NCBI GenBank assembly: GCA_965240325.2
Contig: OZ251231.1
Span: 2,046,001-2,110,000 of the forward strand
Source: Rebecca billardiae RCC1528
Taxonomy: Eukaryota; Protista; Haptophyta
Length of the DNA: 64,000 nt
Reading direction: 5' to 3'
A program made the position numbers and the translations under genes. Each line of letters opens with the position of its first letter. The stretch's first letter is position 1. Below the pieces are notes generated by a model. The model worked only from the letters and a program-made list of their open reading frames with translations, was not told where the DNA came from and made no database searches. Below, one piece after another: positions 22,148 to 36,288 of this stretch.

Positions 22148-25100
22148 ATGGCATGGGGGCGCGTGCTCCTCGTGCTCGGGCTCGCCGCGACGTGCGCACC
22201 CGCCCGCGGCTTCGAGGGCTCGGCCCAGCCGCTCAGCGACGCAGGTGCCACCGTCGGCAGCGAGGTCGAGGCGGTGCCGGCACTGTATGGGCCGCACGTG
22301 CCGTTCAACGCCGACTTTGACCGCAGGGCGACGGCGGTGAGCCCGGCGGACGGGTGCAGCATGCTCACCACCGACCAGTCCGCGCTGCACAACGCCACCG
22401 CCATCTTCGACCTGAGCAGCTCATGCCTCGCGCTCGACGCGGCGCTGCGCGCGCAGCAGCGAGGCGCGGCCGCGGCCCTCTTTGTCGACGAGGACGGCGC
22501 GCGGCTGCGGCGCTCGAACCTGGGCTTCCTCTCGCACCAGTCGCCGCGCGTGCACGAGCTGCACATCCCCGTCATGCTCGTCGGCCACGCCGCGCGCTCC
22601 GCCCTCCGCGCCGCGAGCCGGCTGCGGCTCAAGCTGCGCGCGTATGAGCTGGCGGACGGCGTGCCGCACCAGCACTCGCTCGAGGCGGAGCGGGACGCGT
22701 TCTTCACGTACACGCTGGCGAGCGCGACGAACATGACCGTGGTCGTCTTCGCGCAGACCGGCGACCCCGACATCTACGGCAACCGCGGCGCCGCGCTCGG
22801 CGACGTGCAGCTGCCGCCCGAGACGTACGTTGCGCAATACCGCGCGGCGCACGCGGGCGACGACCTGCTGACGATCAGCGCGGCGCCGGCGAGCGCGTAC
22901 GTGTTCGGCGTGAACGCGCACGAGACGACGTCGTTCACGATCCAGCTCGCCACGGGCAGCCACGAGCTCGAGCTCCCCAGCGGCCAGCCCACGCGCGTGA
23001 CGCTGCGCCGCGGCCAGTACCGCTACCTGAAGCACTCGGTCGGCAACGGCCGCTCGGCGCCGCGCGTCCGGTTCCTGCTCACGGAGTACACGGGCCGCGC
23101 GCGGATGTGGGTGTGCTCGCGGCTCGTGCCCAACCCGGACGCGCACGACCCGGACGGCGCGTGCCGCTGGGGCCTCGAGCTCTCCCAAGACGCGCGCATC
23201 GTCGACATCCCCGCGTCCGACCCGCACGCGGCGCGGCCGGGCGAGGCTTACCACGTGGTGCTGCTGGCGACCACCAACACCTCCGCGTCCGTGGTCGCGG
23301 TGCGGGACAGCGAGGCGGTCTCGCTGGTGGACGGCTCGCCGCAGGTGGGGCGCGTCGGGCCGAGCACGCGCACGAACACGTACACGCTGCACCGCAACGC
23401 CAGCGCCGCGCTCGAGGTGCTCGTGCAGCCGACCGTCGGCGACCTGATCGCGCGCGTCGCCGACGGCTCGCGCGAGTGGACGCTCGGTCAGAACCAGAGC
23501 TACCGGCTGTACAAGGGCGCGGAGGAGCTGCACGGCGAGCGCGTGACGGTGACGGTCTCGGCGCTGGGCCCCGACTTCGGCACCGCGCAGTACAGCCTCA
23601 CCGCCTCCTCCGGCGGCATGGCGATCACGCTCGAGGACGGCGTGCCTCACCTCGAGACGGTGGGCGCGGGCGGGTGGGAGGTGTTCCGCGTGTATGTGCA
23701 GGACCCGTTCACCGACCTCAGCGTGATCGTCACGCCGCTCTCGGGCAACCCGGACGTGTACGCGTCGCACGTGCACGAGCGGCCGAACGCGACGCACCAC
23801 GAGTTCGCCGCGACGAGCACCGGCCGCGACGTGATCACCATCGCGCACACGTCCGCGCCGATGCGCGCGTGCACCGCGGACGCGGACGCGGGCTGCGTCT
23901 TCTTTGTCGCCGTCGAGGGCGCGGCGGAGGATGGCTCGACGTCGACGTTCACCATCTCGGCGCAGATCAGCGTGGCGAACTCGGGGCTGCACGTCGACGA
24001 GCCCGCCGCCGTCGCGGGCAGCCTCGTCTTCTCCAACGCCGTCTTCGGCCCGCCGCTCCTCTTCGAGGAGCCGTCGCGCGCGCTCGCGGCCGTCGAGCCG
24101 CGCGACGGCTGCGCCGAGCTGTCGGCACGCTCGCTCGCGGACAAGGTGGCGCTGGTCGAGCGCGGCACGTGCATGTTCACCGAGAAGGTGCTGCACGCGC
24201 AGCAGAAGGGCGCGAGCGCGGTGATCATCACGAACGACGTGGACGGCCCGCCCGTGCCGATGGGCGTCGCCGACCCGGCCGACGCGTCGGCGCTGCACAT
24301 CCCGGCTGTGATGGTCTCGCGCGCGGACGGCGAGCGGCTGCGCGCGCAGCTCGCGGCGGGGCGCACGGTGCAGGTGACGCTGGAGCAGCCGGGCGACCGG
24401 CCGGTGGTGCTCGTCGACGGGATGCCGCAGCACGGCAGCCTCGCCGCGCACCAGATGAAGTACTTCAAGTTCGACGTCGGCGCGGGCCACGCGGACGTGA
24501 CCTTCACCGTCACGCCCGAGGTGGGCGACCCCGACCTCTTCGTCTCGATCGACGGCTTCCCGCCGACGCAGTCGCACTCGGACTGGGCGTCGACGTACTC
24601 GGGCGAGGACGCGCTCACCGTGTCCCACACCGACGCGATGTACTGCACCGAGTGCACCTACCTCGTCGGCGTGTACGGCTGGACGTCCACCAACTTCTCG
24701 ATCGTCGCGTCCACGTCCGCGGCGATCATCAGCCTCGAGCTCGGCATGCCGCTCACCGAGTTCGTGCCCGCGGGCGGCGCCGAGTTCTTCAAGGTGGTGC
24801 GGTACGACCCGGGCGCGGCGCTGCGCATCGTGTGCACGCCGATCACGGGCGACCCCGACCTCTGCGTCTCGACCACCACCGAGCGCCCCTCGAGCGAGGA
24901 CGACACGTGCACGTGGGTGTCGGGCGACTGGGGCGCCGACTCGATCGTGATCTCGGCCTCAGACCCGCACAGCAGCACCGGACCGTTCTACATCGCGGTC
25001 GAGGGGTACTCGAACACGACGTTCACGCTGCTCGTCTCGCAGGTGAGCCCGGCGTCGCTGCAGACGCTCGTCGCCGGCCGGCCGCAGTCCGTCGCCCTCG

Positions 25101-28100
25101 CCGAGGACGAGTGGCAGTACTTCCGCTTCGTCGCGCCCGCGAACGCGAGCGCGGTCTCCTTCTCGACCACGCCCGAGTTTGGCGACCCGGACGTGTACGC
25201 GAACGCGGGCGTGGCCGACCTGCCCGACCGCTCGTCGTACCACTTCCACTCGGCCGGGATGGGGGTCGACGTGGTGAGCGCGCGGCACGGCGACCCCCGC
25301 TTCTGCGCGAGCTGCACGTACATCGTCGGCGTCTTCGGCTTCAGCGAGACCAACTTCACGCTGCTCGCGACCGCGGACGTGGACAGCGGCGGCAGCGGCC
25401 GCGCGGGCGAGACGATGACGCTGCTCACCGACCGGCGGCCGCTCGAGGGCGTGGTGGCGGAGAGCGCGTACCGGTACTACCGCTTCCCGGTTGACTTCAC
25501 CGACCGCGCGGTGAACGTGACCGTCACGGCGTTCAGCGGCGACCCCGACATCTTCGCCTCGTTCGAGCTCACGCACCCGAGCGCGCAGCAGCACACGTTC
25601 AGCTCGACGCTGATCGGCCTCGACCACCTCGTCGTCTCGCACTTCTCGCCGCACTTCTGCACGTCGGGCAACTGCTCGCTGTACATCGCCGTGTACGGCG
25701 CGACCGAGTCGCGGTACACCATCGTCGCGGCGCAGTACAACGAGAGCCGGCTCATGCTCGTCGACGGGCAGCCGCAGCACTCGATGCTCGTCGAGGACGC
25801 GTGGCAGCACTACTCGTACACGCCCGCGCGCTACTCGTCGGTCGTGCGCTTCAGCGTCACGCCGTCGTTCGGCGACCCCGACCTGTACGTGAGCACGCGC
25901 GGGCCGCCGAGCGACGACAGCTACGAGTTCTCCTCCGCCGCGGGCGGCGGCGACGAGATCGTCGTCACCCCCGCGAGCGTGCACTGGTGCCGGCCGCCGT
26001 GCGTGTACCACGTGGGCGTGAAGGCGTGGACGGCGACCAACTACACAATCGTCGCGTCGGCGAACGCGACGCAGATCGTGCTCGAGGACGGCGTGCCGCA
26101 CGTGGGCTCGGTGCAGCGCAACGCGACGCAGTTCTTCAAGATCTACGTCGAGGACGCCGGGTCCGACCTCGACCTCATCGCCACGCCGCTCACGGGCAAC
26201 CCCGACCTGTTTGTGTCGCACGTGCACGCGCGGCCCAACGGCACGCACCACGAGTTCAAGTCGACGAGCCGCGAGCGCGACGTCGTGCACGTCGAGCACA
26301 CGGACGCGGCGATGCGCGACTGCACGGCGGGCGGCGCGCGCTGCGTGTTCTACGTCTCCGTGTACGGCGCGGGCAACGCCACCTCGTCCTTCCAGCTGAT
26401 CGGCACGCTGCACACCTCGAACCGCGGGCTGCGCGTCGACTCGCCCGCCGACGTTGCGGGCGAGTACGCCAACCGCGCCGCCACGTTCGGCGAGGCGGCG
26501 CCCTTCGAGGGGGAGTCGATGCGGCTGGTGGCGACGTCGCCCGAGGACGCGTGCTCGGAGCTCAGCGGCGCGCCCGCCGCGCTCGCGGGCAAGATCGCCC
26601 TCGTGCGCCGCGGCGAGTGCGTCTTTGTCGAGAAGGTGAGGCGCGCGCAGCGCGCGGGCGCGGCCGGCGTGATCGTGGACAACAGCGCGGGCACGGTGGG
26701 CGCGCTCTTCATGGCGACGCCCGAGGGCGAGGAGATGGCCGCGGCGGACGTGTCGATCCCGTCGGTGATGGTCTCGGCGGACGACGGCGCGCGCATGCGC
26801 GCCGCGCTCGGCCGCGGCGCGGTGCACGTCACCCTGCAGCAGCCGGGCGACCGGCCGCGCATGCTGGTCGAGGGCCTGCCGCAGCACGGCACCTCGCGCC
26901 CGTACGAAATGGTCTACTACAAGATGTACGTGGGCGACCACCACCACGACGTGAGCTTCTCGCTGACGGCGGAGGTGGGCACGCTCGACCTCTACGTGCG
27001 CGCCTCGACCTCGGCCGACGGGCTGCCGCCCACGCAGACGCACCACGACTGGGCGGCGCGCTCGCCCGCCGACTCGGTCACGGTGCGCGTGAGCGAGGCC
27101 AACTTCTGCGACCACTGCTACTACTACGTCGGCGTGTTCGGCCAGACGGCGGCGAACTACAGCATCGTCGGCGCGACGTCGGAGGCGACGCTCACGCTGC
27201 AGCTCAACATGCCCACGACCGAGCACCTCGAGACCGACGAGTACGAGTACTTCAAGGTGGTGCTGCCGGACCGGTCGCACGCGGTGCGCATCACGATCAC
27301 GCCGATCACCGGCGACCCCGACATGTACGCGAGCACGTCGGTGCGGCAGCCGAACGCGACGCACCACACGTGGTCGGCGAACGCGTTCGGCGAGGACACG
27401 CTCTACATCACCGGCTTCGAGCCCGACGACGAAGCGGTCTACGTCGGCGTCACCGCCTTCGCCAACTCGACGTTCACGATCCTCGCGAGCGCGGGCGAGG
27501 ACGAGTGCACGACGCTCGTGAGCGGCCAGCCGCAGCAGCTCTCGGTGCCGTCGGGCGACTTCCGCTGCTTCACGATCAGCGTGGGCGAGGACGCGACGCA
27601 GCTCACCGTCGGCGCGACCCCCGCCTTCGGCGACCCCGACCTCTACATCACCAACGACGGGCTGCGCCCGAGCGAGTACCACTTCCAGTGGCACAGCACG
27701 CGCACGGGCGGCGACGAGGTGCACGTGGACACGCGCTCGGGGCGGGGCTGCGTGGGCTGCCGGTACACGGTGGGCGTGCACGCGTTCACCGCGACCAACC
27801 TCACGCTGCAGGCCACCGTCTCGACCAACGCGTCGCACGTCGGCCACCGCATCCTCTCCGAGGGGCGGCCGCTCGTGACGACCATCGACGCGGGCCAGAC
27901 CGCCTTCTTCGAGTACCCGCTCGACTCGGACGCGCACGACCTCGACGTGCGCTTCTCGCGCTTCTCGGGCGTGGCCCACCTGTACGCGTCGTTCGCGACG
28001 CCGACGCCCGGCCCGGCCGGCGCGCAGTGGGACGTGCTCTCCGCGCTCTTCAACGCCAACACGGGCTTCACCGTCGCGCGCGACGACCCGCGCCGCTGGG

Positions 28101-31100
28101 CGTGCGCCGGCCAGCCGCCGTGCCCGCTCTACCTGGCGGTCGAGGCGCCGCAGCCGTTCAACGCGACGGTCTCGCTGCTGATCGCCGAGGCGAGCGAGGT
28201 GGCGGTCGTGTCGCTCGTCGACGGCCGCCCGCAGAACGACAACCTCGACAGCGGCCTCTACCGCTACTACAACGTCACCGTCTCGTCGGCGGAGGCGACG
28301 TCGCTCTCGGTGGCAGTGACGGCGCTCTCGGGCGACCCCGACCTCTTCGTGAGCAACGACGGCACGCTGCCCACGGCGGAGCACGCGATGTGGTCGCAGA
28401 CGTACTCGGGCGGCGACTCGCTGCGCATCTCCTCGACCGACGTGCACTGGTGCTACGACTGCAAGTTCACCATCGGCGTGTTTGCGTGGACGGCGAGCAA
28501 CTACACGCTGGTCGCCGCGGTCGGGACGGAGGCGCGCGCGCCCGCCGTCACGCTGCAGGACGGCACGCCGCGCACCGACTCGATCGTCGGCGCGGCGGGC
28601 GACGCGCGGTTCTACGCGTTTTACGTGGACTCGCGCGACGCGTCCGTCACGGTCACCGTCACGCCCTTCGTCGGCGACCCGGACATCCTCGCGTCGTTCA
28701 ACGACACGCGTCCGACGTGGGACTCGAGCGGGCACGTGTTCAGCTCGACCGCGGCGGGCGCGGACGTGCTGCGCATCTCGCACTTCGACCCGCACTTCTG
28801 CCCGCGCGTGCCGTGCATGCTGTACATCGGCGTGAGCGCGTACAGCGGCAACAGCACCTACTCGATCGTCGTGACGCAGAGCGACGAGACCGCGCTCACG
28901 CTCGTGGACGGCGTGCCGCAGCGCCGCTCGCTGCGCGCGGGCGAGTGGCAGTACTTCACGTACGCGGTCGGCGACGCGCCGCGCCGCGTGAGCTTCACGG
29001 TGACGCCGTCGTTCGGCGACCCGGACCTGTACGTGACGAGCGACGGCACGTTCCCCTCCGAGGAGCAGTACACGTGGATGCGCTCGAGCTCGGGCGGCGA
29101 CTCGATCAGCGTGTCCGAGGACGACCCGCACTGGTGCGCGCGCTGCTCGTACCACATCGGCGTGCGCGCGTTCAGCGCGACCAACTTCTCGCTCACCGCC
29201 TCGACGGCGAACGTGCTCACGCTGCTCGAGGACGGCGTGCCGCTGCTCGACGCGGTGGGCGACGCCGAGTGGGCCCACTTCCGCGTGTACGTCGACGAGC
29301 CCGACACCGACCTGCTCGTGCTGCTCACGCCGATGGGCGGCAACCCCGACCTGTTTGTGTCGCACGTGCACGCGCGGCCCAACGGCACGCACTGCGAGTT
29401 CAACTCGACGAGCAACGGGCGCGACCTGGTGCGCGTGTCGCACAACTCGGCGGCGATGCGCGACTGCACGCGCGACGGCGCGCCCAAGCGCTGCACCTTC
29501 TACGCCTCCGTGTACGGCGCGGGCCCGAGCTCCTTCGCCATCATCGCCGAGCTGCAGCGCGTGCGCGCCGGGCTGCGCGTCGACGAGCCCGAGCCGATCG
29601 CGGGCAACCTGCTGTTCACGCCCGCGGTCTTCGGGCCGGCGCTGCCGTTCGAGGGCGAGTCGCGCGTGGTGAAGACGGTGACGCCGCGCGACGCGTGCGC
29701 CGAGATCCGCGGCGTCTCCCTCGCCAACCAGATCGCGCTCGTCGACCGCGGCGGCTGCTTCTTCACCAACAAGACGCGCAACGCGCAGGCGGCGGGCGCG
29801 GCCGCGGTCATCGTCGTCAACAACGAGCCCGGCGAGGCGGTGCGGATGGGCGCGACCTCGACCGCCGAGGCGGCGGGGCAGCGCATCCCCGCGGTGATGA
29901 TCTCGCTCGACGACGGCGCCATCCTGCGCACGCGCATCGAGATGGGCGAGCGCGTGCGCGTCACGCTGCAGCAGCCGGGCGACCGGCCCGTCACGCTCGT
30001 GGACGGGCTGCCGCAGCGCGGCCAGGTCGAGGCACACGAGATGAAGTACTACAAGTTCGGCGTGGGCGAGGGGCACGCCGACGTGACGTTCACCGTCACG
30101 CCCGAGGTGGGCGACCCCGACCTCTTCGTCACCGCGGGCGAGACGCCGCCCACCCAGTCGCAGCACGACTGGGCGGCGTCTCGCTCCGGCGAGGACGCGG
30201 TCACGATCCGCGCGGGCGAGCCGCGCGCGTGCACGGCGTGCACGTACATTGTGGGCGTGTACGGCTGGACGCCGAGCAACTTCTCGGTGGTCGCGTCGAC
30301 CGCGGCGGCGGTGATCACGCTCGAGATGGGCCTGCCGCTCACCGAGCAGCTCTCGGCGCACGAGACCGAGACCTTCCGCGTGCTGGTTGGGCCCGGCTCG
30401 AGCGGGCTGCAGCTGGCGCTCACCGCGCTCACCGGCGACCCCGACATGTACGTCTCGACGAGCGCGCAGCGGCCGAGCGCGGAGGAGCACACGTGGTCGA
30501 GCGTGGCGAGCGGCGACGACGTGCTCACCATCCTGCCGACCGACGAGCACTTCCTCCCCGACGGCGGCGTGTACTACGTGAGCGTGAGCGCCTTCTCGAA
30601 CACGACGTTCACCATCTCGGCGAGCGTGTCGTCCGACCTCTGGCTGCTGCACGGCCGGCCGCAGCGGATGAGCCTCGCGCCGTCGCAGTGGCAGTACTAC
30701 CACTTCTACGCGGCCGCGGGGCAGAGCGAGATCACCATCGTGTGCACGCCCTCCTTCGGCGACCCCGACATGTACGTGAGCGCGGGGTACGACCACCCGA
30801 CGCGCGAGGCGCACACGTGGAAGGCGACGGCGTCGGGCGGCGACCTGCTCACGATCAGCAGCGCAGACCCGGCGTGGTGCGCGCCGCCGTGCGCGTACAC
30901 GGTGGGCGTGTACGCGTGGGCGGCGACCAACTTCACCGTCGTCGCGATCGGCGACAACGCCACCGCCGCCGCGCACGCCGGCCGCTGCGTCGGCTCTCGC
31001 GAGATGGACCTGATCGCGGGCGTGGCCGTGTACGGCGTGGCCGCGGCCAACGGCACGCGCTGCTACCGCGTGCAGGTGGACACGTTCGCGCAGCCGGTGC

Positions 31101-34100
31101 GCGTGGCGCTCACGGCGTTCAGCGGCGTGGCGCGCATCGACGCGGGCTTCGCGCCGGCGAGCGGCGCGCCCTCCGAGCGCGCGTCGGCGCTCTCGAGCTC
31201 GACGGGCTCGTCGCTCACGCTCGTGCCCGACTGCGAGCCCGGCGGCGGCGGCGGCGGCGGCGCGCAGCTCGGCGGCTGCATGCTGCACATCACGCTGACC
31301 GCGCTGAGCGACTGCTCGTTCTCGCTCTCGGCGTCGCAGGACGAGACGACGCGCGCGGTCGCGCTGGTCGGCGGCCGGCCGCAGTACGGCACGCTCAGCG
31401 CGAGCTCGTGGGCGTATTACTCGTTTGCCGCGCCCGCGCGCGGCGGCGGCGGCGGCGCGGTGCCAATCACAATCGCGCTGATGCCGCTGTTCGGCGACCC
31501 GAACATGTACGTGAGCGCGGCGGGCGGCGCGACGCCGACGGAGTCCGCGCACACGTGGGCGTCGAGCGCGGCGGGCGGCGACTACCTGCTCATCGGCGCG
31601 GACGACCCGCACGCGTGCGCGGGCGCGTGCACGTACACAATCGGCGTGCGCGCGGGCTCGGACACCAACTACTCGATCACCGCGCACGCGCACGGCGAGG
31701 TGGTGACGCTGCAGGAGGGGGTGCCGCTCACGGGGCTCGCGCCGGCGCGCGCGTGCGCGCACTTCGTGCTGCGCGCCTCGCAGCCGCACTCCGCCGTGCT
31801 CGTCTCGCTCACCGCGCTCTCCGGCCACCCGGTGATCTACGTGGCCGACCGGCCGCAGCCGTCGCCCGCCAACCACCTGCCCAACGGCACGATGGCCGTG
31901 CGCTCGTCGTCGGCCGAGCTGCGCGTGCCGCTCGACGAGTCGCGCGCGGTGGACAGCTACGTGGGCGTGTGCGCGGGCGCGGACGCGCTGCCCGCGCGCT
32001 TCGTCCTCGGCGCGCGGCTGCACGCGGACGAGCCCCCGCGGCTGCTCGACGGCCAGCCGTTTGCGTCGGCGGTGGGCACGTCCATCGCCTCGTTCCGCAT
32101 CGCAGTCGGGCCGCACGCCGAGCGGCTGCAGGTGGTGGCGACGCCGCGCTCGGGCGACCTGTCGCTGATGATCTCGAGGCGCGGCGAGGGGCACGACGCG
32201 CCCTCCGCCGGCGCCGCGGCGTACGACCGCGCCACGTGGCGCTCGCACACGCCGGGCGTCAACTCGGTGGGCGCGTGGCACACGGACAGCGGCTGGTGCA
32301 ACGACTGCGAGCTCGTGATCAGCGTGCAGGGGCACCCCGCGGCCAACTTCACGCTGCTCGCGACGCTCGAGCGCGCGTACACGCTGCGCGACGGCGAGCC
32401 GCAGCTCGCCGAGCTCACGCTCCTCGGCGAGGCGCGCCACTCCTCGCGCAGCGCCTACTTCGCCTTCTCCGTCGACCAGCCGGTCGGGTTTGCCGTGATC
32501 GTGACCGTGTACGCGGGCGAGCCTGACGTGTTCGTCTCGGCGACGGACCCGCGCCCGTCGGCGTCGTCGTTCACGTGGCAGCCGGCGAGCGCGTTCGACC
32601 AGGGCGCGGGCGGCATCCGGCAGGTCGTCGTCTCCCCCGACGACCCCGCCTTCTGCTCCGCGTGCACGTACTACGTCGCGGTGCGCGCGTACGCCTCGTG
32701 CCGCGTCGCCGTCACGGCCGTCTCCGACTCGAGCGCGACCGTGGCGCTGATGAACGGGCTGCCGGTGAAGCAGGCCGCGGCGGGCGGCGAGTACCGGTAC
32801 TACACGTTCGACCTCGCCGAGGGCGACGGCGACATGACCGTCAGCGTGCAGCCCGAGGTGGGGCAGCTCGACCTCGACATCTACGTCACCGCGGACGGCT
32901 CGCTGCCGAGCCGCGACCATTGGCAGTGGGTGTCGGCGCTGCGGCTGGACGACGAGGACCAGGTGACGGTGCGGAGCAGCGACGCGCACTACTGCGCGGG
33001 GTGCACGTATAACATCGCCGTCTTCGGCGAGGCCGCCTCCACGTACACCATCGCCGCGACCACCTCGCGCGGCACGACGCTGCTACCCATCGGCCTCACG
33101 TCGCAGCAGAGCGTCGCGCAGGGCGCGGCCGCGTTCATGGTGGCGCAGCTCGACCCGCAGGGGGAGGAGGTGTCGGTGGCGGTCGTCTCGCGCCGCGCGC
33201 CGATCCGCGTGTACCTCTCCACCGTCAACCCGCAGCCCTCCGAAGCCTTCCACAAGGCGCAGTTCGACGCGGAGCCGCTCGGCGCGGTCGGGCGCTACGT
33301 GCTGAGCGCGCGCACGCTCAAGCAGTGGTGCCCGCCCGCCGTGCTCTCCGGCGGCTTCTGCCCGCTGTACATCGGCGCGTCGAGCGACGCGGCGGAGGCG
33401 GCGGCCTTCTCGATCACGGTCGCGCAGGGCGGCGGCACCGTCCTCATCCCCGGGCTGCCGCAGGCCTCGGCCGTGGTGGACGCGCGCCCGACCTTCTTCT
33501 CGTTCGGCGTGCCGGGCGGAGAGAAGGTCGATGCGAGCGTGAGCGTCTCGCTCGGTGTGGACGGCGGGCGCGACGGCGGCGCCGGGCTCGTGCGCGTGCT
33601 CGTGCGGAAGGAGCGGTTCGCCGAGGAGCGCGCGGACGCGCACTGGTCGGCGCACGCGCAGATCCAGCACCACGCCGTCGTCAGCGTCGACATTGCAGCG
33701 GTGCGCGCGCGCGCGCCGCGGCCGCGAGCCGCTGCGCGCACTGCGCCGCGCCGTGCCGAGCCGCCGCGCCTGAGCGTCGCGCCGCCCCCGCCCGGCGCCG
33801 ATGCGCGCGCAGGACGACCCGAAGGCGTGCGCCGACTGCACGTACTACGTGACGGTGCTCACGAGCAGCGGGCAGCCCGTGCCGTTCGACGTGACCGTCT
33901 CGAACGCGCGCGGGCACACGCTGCTCACGAGAGGCGCGCTCGTGCGCTCGACGGTGGAGAGGGACGAGTCGGCGCTGTTCAAGACGTACACGTACGCGGG
34001 GTGGGACAAGGACCTCGTCATCACGGTGCGCGCCGAGCGCGGGCGCCGCCCGCGGCGCGGTGGCCGCGCGGAGGGCGGGCCACCGCCCGCGCGGCGGCCG

Positions 34101-35597
34101 CGGCCGCCCGGCTGCGCGGCGCGCTCTCACGGACCCGCGCGCGCCCGACCCTCCGCGCGCGCGCGGCACAGGTGACGCCGTGCAGCGGGGACCCGGACCT
34201 GTACGCCTCAGACATGGTGCCTAGGCCCTCGAAGGACAACTACAAGTTCGCGCACGCGGAGGTGCGCGCGCGCGCGCGCTGCCCCGCGCGCGCGCAGCCG
34301 TCCGCCCCGCGCCGCGGCGGCGCGCAGCCCGCCAGCCGCTCAGCCGCGCGCTGCGCCGCTCCTGTGCACCGCGCGCGCCCGGCTGGCTCCGCCGCGCGCA
34401 GGTGAACCACGTCGAGAGCCTGCACCTCTCCGCGCGCGACGACCGGCTGGGCGACGTGCTCTACCTCAGCGTCTTCGGCGCGCTCAGCTCCTCGTTCACG
34501 ATCGGCGCGGACGACCACGCGGCGGGCGGCTCCGCGCTGGGGCACGGCGAGGAAGGAGCGCTGCTCGCGCTGAGCGAGCCCTCCGCCTCGGCGGTCGCGG
34601 TGTCGTGGGCGGCCGCCGTGCCGCCGGAGGGGGTCGAGCCGGCGTCGATCTCGTACGAGCTGCTGCTCGCCGAGCACGCGGCGGACAAGCGCGTGCCCGT
34701 CCTCTTCACGCAGTGCGGCATCGACGAGTCTGCGCGGCTGATCGGCAACCTCACCGGGCGCGACGCGGACCGCGAGGGTCGGCTCAGCTCCAAGGTGAAG
34801 AAGCTGCAGCCGGGGACCAAGTACCAGGTGCGCGCGCGAGGGCGCGGCGGGCGCGCCGCCGCCCCGGAGCGCGCGCCGCGCCCCGCCCGCCCGGCTGGCC
34901 GTGCACGCGCCGCGGCCGGCTGCTGCGTGTGGTGTGCTCAGCGCGCACGCCCTGCGTCGGCGCGCGCACGCGCGCGGCGCGTGCGCAGGTGAACGTGCGC
35001 GCGACGCTGCCCTCGGGCGGGCGCCCCCTGCTCTACCGGCCGATGGTGTTCACGACACTCGAGCGGCCGGCCATCGGCGCGGGCGGGGTCGCCGCGATCG
35101 TGCTCGCGAGCCTGCTCGTGTGCGTGCTCGGCACCCTCGGCTGCCTCGTCGTGCGCCGGCGCAAGCAGCTCGCCTCGCTCTCGCTACTCGGCGACGATGA
35201 GGCGGCCCGGCAGGCGGACGCGGCCGAGACCTTCTCTGCGCTGGTCGCGTCGCCGCTGCAGGCGGGCGGCGCGGGCATGGAGGACGCGTCTCTGCTGCCG
35301 CTCTTTGCGCAGGGGCGCGGCGCGCCGGAGCACGTCGCGAGCCCGCTCGCCATCGCGGAGGAGGAGGTCGGCGCATCTGACGCTGCGCCCCTCGTCGTCT
35401 CCGACGTCGTCGCGGCCGATCCGCTCGCAGCGGTCGCGCCCTCAGGGGCGGCGCAGGCCGCGGCGCTGCCGCTGAGCGAGGTAGCGATGGGTTCCGACGA
35501 CGACGACGACGACGATGCCGGCGACGCAGACGGTGGCGCCCTGGCCGGCGATCGCGACCAGCTCGTGCAGAGCGCAGCAACCGACTCTGCTGCATAG
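22148..35597 (+). CDS. Giant (~4,296 aa) type I membrane protein: signal peptide, ~30 PPC-like beta-sandwich repeats, 4 PA domains, FN3-like domain, TM, acidic tail; exons 22148-33700, 33813-34025, 34172-34261, 34402-34827, 34989-35597
   Basis: Repeated (G)DPD(L/M/I)(Y/F)V cores with CxxC-xY-xxGV. PA motifs KVALVERGTCMFTEKVLHAQQKGASAVII, KIALVRRGECVFVEKVRRAQRAGAAGVIV and QIALVDRGGCFFTNKTRNAQAAGAAAVIV, plus a degenerate N-terminal copy. FN3-like VAVSW...LQPGTKYQ|VNVRA. TM VAAIVLASLLVCVLGTLGCLVV-RRRK. Four frame-consistent phase-0 GT..AG introns. Confidence 0.88.
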
Positions 35598-36288
35598 TCA
35601 GAGTGCCGCGCGCGACCGCGCTGACCACTGACCGTGACGACGGCGACGTATTTCTGACGTCATGAACAAAGCGCGCGATGATCGATTAAGACTGATGCAT
35701 AGATATATACATGATGACGCGAGATAGCGCGTCGCAGAGCTCAGCGCATCAGCATGCTGCGCAGCATATATATCATCGCCATCATCATGCACGGCAGCAG
35801 CCCGCATCTCACGGAGTAACTAGGCCTAGGGGCACTAGGGCCAGGGGACCCTACTGAGTACTGTCTAGGCATACCGTGACGTGCCGTCCTGTCGTGCCGT
35901 CGTCGTCGTCGTTACGGTCATCATCGTCGTCGTCGTTATCGATCATCGTCGCGCGTAGCAGACGAATATTATCGTCACGTACTATACGTACTATATCGAT
36001 ACCAGCATATCATCATCGATATATCGCGGGTCGCTGACCAGACGCTACAGCCGCGTTATATTCCGCCCGCGTATAGTATATATATAGAAGCAACCTGCTG
36101 CACGGTCGTACGGTGGCCCGGCCCGGCGCCACGCCCGGACGACGCAACGGTATATATATATATACGAAGCAGTGTGCTGCCATGGAGAGTCGCGCTGCTG
36201 AAGTCACCTGAAGCCAGCTGACGGCGGCGCCGCGAGCGGCCCACGCACGGGCATCATCGCTCATATTGGCTCGGACGAGCAGCAGCTC

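Noticed and set aside
24959-32989. 2,676-aa antisense ORF and 2,241-aa alternative-frame ORF (25801-32526) over the giant gene
   Set aside because: These are shadow frames. Strong GC3 bias removes stops in other frames, and the translations are Arg/Ala-rich with no domains.
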